Source of the DNA: the human T2T-CHM13v2.0 reference genome, Homo sapiens
Assembly: GCF_009914755.1 (NCBI RefSeq)
Contig: NC_060931.1
Direction: 5' to 3' (one strand)
DNA length: 64,000 bases
Positions 52,291 through 64,000 of this stretch are shown piece by piece. Positions within the stretch are counted from its first letter, which is position 1; the number at the start of each line of letters is the position of its first letter. The position numbers and the translations under genes are program-made. The notes beneath the pieces were generated by a model that was not told the DNA's origin, searched no databases, and saw nothing but the letters and a program-made list of their open reading frames with translations.

Positions 52291-52838
52291 GTAAGCGCCC
52301 TCCCTACTCTCCAGCCCCCCATTCGTTCTCCCTCCCGCCCCAGCAAACTACGCCTTTTAGAATCACAGAATCAGGCCATTAAAGGTAGCTCATTTTGCCC
52401 AGATGGAAAAATTAAGATCTAGAAAGAAAGCCAAGGGCTCTTGCTGAGTCAGAGCTTGAACCAAAACCCAGGCCTCTTGCCTTCCAATCCAGGGTCCTCC
52501 CAAGCCCAGTCCTCGTGACTCCCACCCTCCTTCCTCCCACCCCACAAGTCCCAGGATCACCTGCTGAGGGCTGAGGGGGGTCTTGGGAGGCTGGGGTTGT
52601 CTAGAGAAAAGGGGGCCTTTTACTAATTCTCACAGATGACCCATATGGACCAGATAGGCTCTGCAGCCAGCACCAACACTGCTGATGTACCTTTTATAGG
52701 AGACTTTAGGGGACTGATGAACACTGGCTTTCAGTAGGGTTCCACTGGGATCCTGGTGGGAGGCTGGGCAACTTGGGGGCTGGGGGGATCACGGGGGGCA
52801 GAATTGAGGTACAGGCTGATTTCCCCCATCCACGCCAG

Positions 52839-52943
52839 GCCTCACACAGAGTCCCCAGGCCGGAGGTCTCATCGCCATAGCAGTGGCAGCTCCCACAGCC
52901 CCTCCCTCTCCTCCCACTACAGTGATTCCAGATCTCCCAGCAG
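52839..52943 (+). CDS. SRRM3: SRRM3 exon 10 (105 nt, Ser-rich)
   Basis: ccacgccAG|G...AG|GTAGGC; PHTESPGRRSHRHSSGSSHSPSLSSHYSDSRSPS. Confidence 0.9.
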
Positions 52944-53189
52944 GTAGGCCTGGGCCTCTGGGAGGCTTTCTCCTGGTGGGGGATGAGGGTTGCAGATTAA
53001 ACACCCCCAAGGGCTGGGGAGCAGGGCTGGTGGACAGAATGTCAATTCATCGGTGGGTAGAAGTTTATCAGGGGTAGCCAGGTGTGGTGGCTCACTGCTG
53101 TAGTCTCAGCACTTTGGGAGGCCAAGGCAGAAGGATCGCTTGAGGCCAGGAGTTCGAGACCAGCCTGGGCAACATAGACTTCCTTCTTT

Positions 53190-54160
<971 letters not shown>

Positions 54161-54659
54161 TTTTGAGACGAGTATTGCTGTGTTGCCCAGGCTGGAGAGC
54201 AGTGGTGCAATCTTGGCTCACTACAACCTCCGCCTCCGGGATTCAAGCAATTCTCCAGCCTCAGCCACCCGAGTAGCTGAGATTACAGGCGTGCACCACC
54301 ATGCCCGACTAATTTTTGTATTTTTAGCGGAGATGGGATTTCGCCATTTCGAACAGCCTGGTCTCGAATTCCTGACCTCAAGCGATCCGCCTGTCTCGGC
54401 CTCCCAAAGTGCTGGGATTACAGGCGTGAGCCACCAAGCCCAGCCTAATAATAATTTTTAAAAAGAGAAATTTACCAGGGGAGTGATAACTTGAGGAAGA
54501 GCTGCCCTAAGGCCCCTAAGCCTCCGCCTGAATTGGAAATCGAGGCACAGCCTCGCTGGCTCACCCTGGTCAAGCCCTCTCTAAGTGGAAAGGTTCCCAG
54601 CATGGTGAAAAGGCAGGTGGAGGGCTGCTCTCTTTCCCCGTGCTGGGGAAGGGGGAAAG

Positions 54660-55200
54660 AGGAGGCGCAACTGCTTGCAAAGCGGGTGTCCCACGCCGAC
54701 TCCCCCATTCTTCCTGGCGCCTAACCCCAGGCTGAGCCCCAAGCACCGAGACGAAGGGCGAAAGACGGGCAGCCAGCGGTCCAGCGGAAGCCGGTCGCCT
54801 TCCCCGTCGGGCGGCAGCGGATGGGGGTCGCCCCAGCGGAACGGCGGCAGCGGGCAGCGGAGCGGAGCGCACGGGGGCCGCCCCGGCTCGGCGCACAGCC
54901 CGCCCGATGTACGTACGCTTCGCTTTGCGGAGGGTTCCCGCGCCGCGGGCTGCGCCGTGCGTGGTCGGGCGGGTCGCCAGCGGGGCAGGGGGCGATAAGT
55001 GTGGCATGGGGGCGGGGGCGGGGGCGGCCGCTTCCTCCCTCCTCGGCTCCCCGCTGGGCGTCCTGGCTCGGGAGCCGCCGGGAGTGCTAGGCCGTTGCGC
55101 CCACCTGGCCCTGGTGTCAGGGTGAGGGGCGCCTGCGGTCTTGGGCCACCCTTGCGCTTGGCAAACTGAAGGCCAGAGGGGGGTTGACCGCGGGGCACTG
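54660..55200. other. Intragenic CpG island over exon 11
   Basis: Dense CpG and very high GC. Confidence 0.75.
54731..54908 (+). CDS. SRRM3: SRRM3 exon 11 (178 nt; CDS continues beyond the window)
   Basis: ctaaccccAG|G...GAT|GTACGT (phase 0); LSPKHRDEGRKTGSQRSSGSRSPSPSGGSGWGSPQRNGGSGQRSGAHGGRPGSAHSPPD; cumulative CDS 1008 nt. Confidence 0.88.
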
Positions 55201-57829
55201 AGTTGGGTACAGGGCTGGGGAGGAATCAGGGTCTCGTGCCCTCCCCAGGCATATTAGGGTGGGAGGGGCATGGACATTGATAGGAGTCCCAGGCAGGAGC
55301 AGGATTCGAGAGACAGGACCCCCCACTGGGCACCACCTGGGCCCTGAGTCTCCCTCTTCCCACCAAGCCCTGGCCCCACCTCTGAGCACCCCCCTCCCCC
55401 TCCCTCAATCTTCTCCCCAGCCCCTCCCTCCCTCAGCCCCCTCCCCCATCTCAGTCCCTCTGCCCTCTAAAGTCCCTGCTCTGAGGAGACTCTGCCCTTT
55501 TCCAGGCACCGCCCACACTTGGACTGGTGTCTCAAACCTGCCGGCTCCTCTTCCCACGGCCACCCTCCTGAGGCACCTGCCAGCGTGCCTCAGAGACCCC
55601 ACACCAACACCCCCAAAACTGTCCCCACCCTTCCTCCAAGAGGGGCACAGATGCCCGAAGACCTACAGGCAGGTGCAATGGGGGAGCTGGCAGAGGAGAG
55701 AGACGTCTCAGCCTGTCCCCAGATGGATGGGCTGGGCCTGGGTTGGGGCTTCTCCCAGACCCCAGGGAAGGTCCACATCCCCTTCTGGTCTGTTGATTAT
55801 AGAGTACACAGTTGAGACCCCTCAGAGAGAGGGGGCTGCAGTGCTGGCAGGGGCACTGGGGTGGGTGGGGGGGTGGCTTGGGGTGGGGAGACCTGCAGGT
55901 TCCTTCCCAGACCCGCAGACTGCCCCCCACCCAACCCCAAAGCCTCAGCTGGGAGTGGGAGAGCTGCCCCTCCCCAGACCTCAGGTCTCAGCAGCAAACA
56001 TGTACGTGTTGGTCAGTTTCATTTTGATTTTTGGCTGTTTCCTTTCACTCCCTTTCTTTTCTCAAACACCCTTTACTCCCACGGCCTCAGAGAGGAAAGT
56101 CAAGGGCAGCTGACTGAAGGCTCTTGGTCTCAAGGTTAAGTTTTATTGAAGGACATTTACCTGTCTCTAGACTGTCCCACCTGGACCAGGCACCAGGCTC
56201 CTGGGCTCTGGGGGTTTTGGTTGGGCCGCGCAGGGAGGATGACACTGATGTCCCCGGATCTGTCTTGGGAGGGGGTTGAGGGCAGGCAGAGGTAGCTGAG
56301 GGTAGCATGGCAGAGGCTGGAGAGGATTAACAACCCACAAGAGGGGCACCCACCATCCCCCACCCCTGTGGGCATGGAGTCCCAAGAGCACAGGACCCGA
56401 AACACCTTCTTGCCAGCTTCTCATCCACCCTTCTGGGGCCTCCCAAGAGACACAGAGATGCGGGTTCTCTGAAGTCAGGGCTGGAAGTGGGTCCCTTCGT
56501 ACCTCTGGTCCTCTCTCCAGCCCTGGAGTCCTGAGCAATGATCCCACCTCCACCCCCTCCCCAATGCAGACAAAATGGCCACAGCATCTAGGCATCCCCA
56601 GGATAGGGCAGTCGGGGAAGGGGACCCAGCCACCAGCCTTGGGGCGGGAGCTTCTGAAGCACCCACATCTTGTCTCCCTCCCAGCATGGGACTCTAGTTT
56701 GGCACAGCCCTGGGAGTTTTCTTGGAGACGGCATTTTGTGACTCCTTTCACCAAGCATGGTCCCCAAATCCTATCCCTCACCCTTGGGGCCCTGGGAGAT
56801 CTGGGACTTCAGAGCATCCCGGGTCTCAAACCTGCATTCAGATCCCTGCCTCTCTGCCTTAAAAAGACCCCTGAGGAGTCAAAAGAGGCTAGTTCTTGCT
56901 CATATGCAGAAAAGTGAGATGGGGGATGGGAGAGGGGTCCCAGACTTTACCATGAACGAAACCGTCTTCGGGAAAAAATACTGGGGGTGGTATTCTTGGA
57001 CGATACCTTTAAAAAAAAAAAGAAAAGAAAAAAAGAGAGAGAGAAACAAATGGAAAAAAAGGAAAGCTCAACATTTTTTAACCCCGTCTATGTTTTTGTT
57101 TGTTTTTTAGCCTCCCATTTGAAACGTGGTAATACTGTGATTCCATTTCTTGTTTAGCTGGTGAGGGAAGAGGGTGGGCAAGTTTATGTAACTTTTTCTG
57201 TTGTTTTGTTTTTATTTCCTTTTCCTTTCTTTTTTTTTTTCCCTATTTTAATGTACAGAAATGCAAACTATCTCTCTGGGTTTTTTTTTTCTATCTTCTA
57301 TGTTCTAGAATTTTCTTTTTGTGTGTGTTACTGTGGGAACCTTTCCTCTTAATGCAGAGATGGCTTTTGAATTTTAAGTGAACATTAATCATATACACAT
57401 CTCTATATACTTTTTTTTCCTTTGTAATCTGAATTTAAAAGGGAAGATAACTCTAAAAAAAAAAATCACTCCCACACCAACAGCTCCTGCCAAGTCAGCA
57501 GCGGCAGCAAATCCTCCTTTCAACTCCAGGCACAGGCTGGAGCTGCCGCAGATTTTAAATTAACTATAGTGGTGCAGCCTGTGCTGCTGCGTTCCCCAGG
57601 AAGCTGGAGAGAAGCGGGAGACCCAGGGAGGGGAAGAGACTTGTCCTGGGTTGCCCAGGGAGCTTCTTGGAGCTTGCTGCTACTCCTCGGTTCAGTTTAG
57701 TATAATGGGCTGGACACAGGGGACAGGGAGCAGGACAGGCTGTTCAGGACCATCAGTGTCAGACCTCAGACTCAGATCCTTAGGAAACTGTGGAGGAAGG
57801 AGAGATCTGAAGGCACCTGGCAGAGTTTA

Positions 57830-58018
<189 letters not shown>

Positions 58019-58123
58019 TCACACCTGTAATCCCAGCACTTCGGGAGGCTGAGGTGGGCAGATCACCTGAGGTCAGGAGTTCGAGACCAGCCTGGCTAAC
58101 ATGGCGAACCCCCGTCTCTACTA

Positions 58124-58600
<477 letters not shown>

Positions 58601-59838
58601 TCAAGTGACTGGCTCAAGGTCACACAGCTATTTAGAGGTAGATCCAAAAGTAGACCCCAGGCAGGGCGCAGTGGCTCACACCTGTAATCCCAGCACTTTG
58701 GGAGGCTGAGGCAGGAGGATCACTTGAGGCCTGCAGTTCCAGACTGACTGGTCAACAGAACAAGACTGTATCTCTACAAAAAATATATATATATTTTTAA
58801 TCAGCCAGGCATGGTGGCATGTGCCTATAGTCTCATCTACTGAGGGAGATGAGGGAGGAGAATCACTTGAGCTCAGGAGTCCAAGGCTGCAGTAAGCCAT
58901 GATTGCACCACTGTACTCCAGCCTGGGCAACACTGCAAGACCCTGTCACTACAAAAATTTAAAAGAAAAAGCTGGGCATGGTGGAATACACCTGTAATCC
59001 CAGCTACTCAGGAGGCTGAGACAGGAGGATTGCTTGAACCAGAAGTTTGAGGCTGCAGTGAGCCATGATTGCGCCACTGCACTCCAGCTTGGGCAACAGA
59101 GCAAGACCCTGTCTCAAAACAAACAACAACAACAACAAAAAATAGACTCCAGCCCTCTGACTCTGACCTCTAGACTCCAGCTAAGCTGTGGAGAGGGTGG
59201 AAAATGGGAAGCACAGTCCACGAGCCCTGAGCAGAAGGAGGATTTGGGAGGTGGTTGCTGGTTGACTCAGCTCCTGCTTTCCCCCATCAGACCCATCCAG
59301 AAATCAGCTTCCTGCTCTCTCATGTCCCTAGGCCAAGGTCTGCCTACACTGAGAGACCTGGGTGCAGGTGGCCCCCACATTACAGAAACTCATATGATTG
59401 TTTCTTCTGTGACTCAGGGAACCCTAAACCCTCACAGTTCATACATGTGGGGAAATAAATATCGAGGCACAGAGAGGGAAGAGAGTCACTCAAGGTCACA
59501 CAATGTAGGATGAAAGAGGAAGATACTGATCAGGAGACCTCCTGGGAGAAGCCCTCCTGTCCAGTCTTACCTGGTGCCTTCACTGGCCTCCCTCCAGCCC
59601 CCACCAGCACAACCTGGTGCTAGGCTCACCCTCCCAAGGCCCAAAAAGAGTATACAGAGTTTGCCGTCTTTTCTATTTTATTATTGCATTCCTGTCCCAG
59701 GGGCCACCTGCTCACCTTAGAAGTCTCTAGCGTTAGAAGTTTCAGGGGATGGGGCAGGCACAGTGACTTATGCCGGTAATGCCAGTACTTTGGAAGGGCG
59801 AGGCACGAAGATCGCTTGAGACCAGGAGTTTGAAATCA

Positions 59839-60507
<669 letters not shown>

Positions 60508-62359
60508 TTAAACAGTGCTTGTCTCCTCTTTCTGTCTGGGGGCACCTTTCTCTCTTCCTGCCTCTCTGTTTCTGTTTGCTTCTGTCATTGTTTCTGTCTT
60601 TCTGTTTCTCTTTCTCCTTCTCTTCCCATTTCTATCTCTGCCTGACTTTGTCTGTTCGTCTGTCTCTCTGTCTGCCTCCTGTCTCTCTCTCTTCCTTTCC
60701 ATCCCTCTCCCCCGGCATGGGCCTCTCTCCCATGCTGCCAGCCCCTCTGTAGCCCACCCTGTGGTTCTCTTCCATCAGCTGCTTCCTGCATGCTCTATGG
60801 AGGTTTTCTGTTGTTTGAACAATAAAGAAAGCTTGGCTAGTGGAACCCATTGTTTAAAAAGGAGAAAAAAAAAAGAGCAAACAGAAATGGCCGTGCAAGA
60901 GCCCCCTCCCATCCCTGGGATGAGACAAAAGCCACATTGGCCACCCATCTACTGGCTCAGAGGGGGAGCACAGTTTAGGGTCACTGTCTTTCCCCCATTC
61001 TGCATTCCCAATGCGGAGACCTTCTTTTCTTTTTTATTATTGCATTCCTGTCCCTGAGCACTGAGAAGGTAGGTATCCCAGCTCCGCTGTGCGCTCTCGC
61101 TCCCATCTCCAGATAAGCCCTGCCACTTTGCTTGGTTTGAATGTGGTTTTCTTTCTCTCTCTCAATCTTGCCCTGGTTGGTTTCATATTCCTCCCTTTTC
61201 TTTCTTTATTTTAGTGACTACTCATTTGTAACTTGCACTTTCTTCAAATGAGCTACAAAGCTATGTTTCCTGGTTTGTCATTTGGTTTTCTTGACTTTCC
61301 CCGACCAACTTTTCTAGCCCATCTCCCCTCCTTCTTCACCTTCCTTGTTCCCTCCTTCTTCCTCTCCATCCCTGACTTCCACCCCTAAATCCTCCTTCAC
61401 GCCTTCTTTCTCATTCTGTTGTCCGAATGCATTTCTGTGTGGTTTAGCATTCCAAGTTTGTGTTTCTTTCCTGAACTGTATGCTGCAGTGAAGCCAATTT
61501 GATTTCTGTTGTCTGGAGTAGCTGCGAAGCCCCTCCTCACCCTTCATCCCTGCCAGCCCCCGGGACTTCGGTCACCCCGCTGGCCTTCAGGGCCCTTTCG
61601 GGCAAAAGGCAGTGACAGAGGAGCCAGTGCGGGGCCTCCTGGCCTTCAGATCCTGGAGGAAGTTCTGGCCAAGGTCAGGCACAAGGGAAAAGCCCCATCC
61701 CATCCTTGGGGGCCTACTGGGCCAAACGGAACTCTGGGCTTCCTCAAGTCCTTCCCTGGCTGCAGGATGGAGCTTTGGGGTGGGAGCTGCAGGGCTCTGG
61801 AGGAGCAACGGGCACCAGGACTGAGCTTCCAGCTTCCATCTATTGGGTGCAATTAGTAGATTCATTTGGGGTGGCAGTGGGCAGGGCAGTGAGCTGGCCA
61901 GGAGCAGGTTTGAGACCTAGAAGGCCTACTTAGCAAAGTCTCTGTGAGACAATTTACAGGTAATTTACCTGCCCGCTGCCTGGTCCATGATCCAACTCAG
62001 ACAGGGGCTCCTTCTACCCTCAGCATCCTTCCATCTTCTGAATTTGAGCAGCTTAATGTGAACCCTCAGAGCAGAACAATTCCAAAAGAACAGCCAGCAG
62101 GGACTAGGGGCCCACAGGGTGCAGCGGCAGAACCAGGACTAGGTCCTGGGACTTGTGACTCCCAGCCCAGGGCTCATCCAGCCACACTGAGGGTACTAGA
62201 GTCAGAGGTGGACCCTAGGGGACCCCACCTCCGCACCCCTGCCCTTTAAACTGTTTCCTTTCCCACCTGGGAGCAGCTACAGAAATTTGGCATTCTGGCC
62301 AGGTGCAGTGGCTCACGCCTGTAATCCCAGCACTCTGGGAGGCCGAGGTGGGCGGATCA

Positions 62360-62611
<252 letters not shown>

Positions 62612-64000
62612 TCAGCATTCCAACCATTATGAGGCCTACACGGGCTTCTATCTTCAGCTTTGAAAAGAGAAGGCCCAGCCACTCATCCCTACCCCACCCC
62701 ATGTTTATCCCGGAGGCAGGTGTCAGGGAGCTCACCCACTCAGAGCATCCTCCTCAACACTGGGTGGTGCCAGGAGGGCAGACAGCAAGTGGCTCTTGGA
62801 AAGGAAGAAAGGGCAAGCTAGGCGAGGTGGTACCACCTGTAGTCCCAGCTACTCAGGAGGCTAAGGCAGGGGTATCGCTTGAGCCCAGGAATTTGAGGCT
62901 ACAGTGAACCATGACTGCACCACTGCACTCCAGCCTGGGCAACAGAGCGAGACTCAGTCCCTGCTCCCTCAAAAAAAAAAAAAAAAAAAAGAAAAGAAAA
63001 GAAGGAAAGTGCTGGTGATCTGACAGGAGAAACTGTGTTGAAGCCCCATGAGGAAGAGGAGGGTCCGTCCTTGAGGAGTTTCTGATATGACCAGGGACCC
63101 ACGAGTTGGGTGGTCATCTAAGTCCTCAAAGGAAGCAAGAGTAAAACATCTCAGGTGTTTACCTGTTCTTGTCCTTCAGAGTACCAGGACCAGGTGAACA
63201 CACTGCCCCTTGCTACTCCCTTCCACCATCTTTTCCACTTGACCCTCAGAAATTTCTTACCCAAAGGTTGGGCCCAGTGGCTCATGCCTGTAATCCCAAT
63301 GCTTTAGGAGGCCGAGGCAGGAGGATCACTTGAGGCCAGGAGTTTGAGACCAGCCTGAGCAACACAGCAAGACCCCATCTCTACTAAAAATAAAATAAAA
63401 TAAATAGCCAGACATGGCGGTGTGTACCTGTAGACCCAGCTACTGAGGAGGCTGAGGTGGGGGGATCACTTGAGCTCAGGAGTTGGAGGCTGCAGTGAGC
63501 TATGATTGCACCATTGTACTCCAGTCTGGGCAGCAGAGCCAGACCCCCATCTCAAAAAATATATATATATATATATTACACAAGCAAAAGAAAACATGTC
63601 AGGTAGCAAGTCATAAAAAGGAGAGGAGGGGCTCCTGGGAACAGGGCTCAGAGGCAGGCGAGGTCCCTGATTCACTCACTCACTCACTCATTCATTCGTT
63701 CCCACACACACTAAGCAGACATGTGCCCAGCACCTCCTTTGTGCCAGGCCCCATCTGGATGTCCATGCCAGGAGAGAGGCAGGCAGACCTGGGCCTCCCA
63801 GGATGGAGGACGGACGAAGACCACTGAGCATGATGAGAGGGGAAAAGCTGAAATGTGAGTGGGAAGCTCCTGCTCACCACGGCAGCCCCCTGGCTAGCAC
63901 GGCCTGGCAGAGTCCATATGGAAGGAAGGAACCAGGTTCTATGGGATCATAGAGGAGCGGACGTGATGCAGCCTGGAAAAGGCGCCCTGGAGCTGAGGGT

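Noticed and set aside
55992-56001. 7-10-nt microexon before GTACGT
   Set aside because: The upstream pyrimidine tract is poor and there are several competing AGs.

Overview
Human (primate, Alu-dense) genomic DNA containing most of the SRRM3 gene on the + strand. I recognised the gene from its translated N-terminus MSSTVNNGAASMQSTPDAANGFPQ..., its cwf21 domain and its K/R/S-rich region; the locus is recalled as chr7q11.23 and was not checked by alignment. Bases 1-22502 are intron 1. Ten coding exons run from the ATG at 22542 to 54908. They splice with GT-AG junctions into one open frame of 1008 nt (336 codons). Exon numbers 2-11 assume a single upstream non-coding exon. The exons for the C-terminal eMIC domain lie beyond the window. 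The rest of the window is Alu clusters (including one AluYa5), solo LTRs (MER41A, LTR22-type, LTR47-type, MST), DNA-transposon relics (MER1B, MER5A, MER53, MADE1), MIR/L2/L1 fragments and tandem repeats. The main observations are: (1) a near-consensus REST RE1 site in intron 1; (2) eight consecutive phase 2-2 exons that can be skipped in any combination without a frameshift or stop; (3) a repeat-poor, U-rich part of intron 11 holding several candidate stop-containing microexons or terminal exons, including a duplicated 32-nt UGC-containing polypyrimidine tract, which suggests an untested SRRM3/4 autoregulatory poison-exon system; (4) a perfect 5x43-bp CCAAT-box VNTR, a perfect 28-bp palindrome, a hairpin-forming 82-nt intron and a local duplication-inversion.
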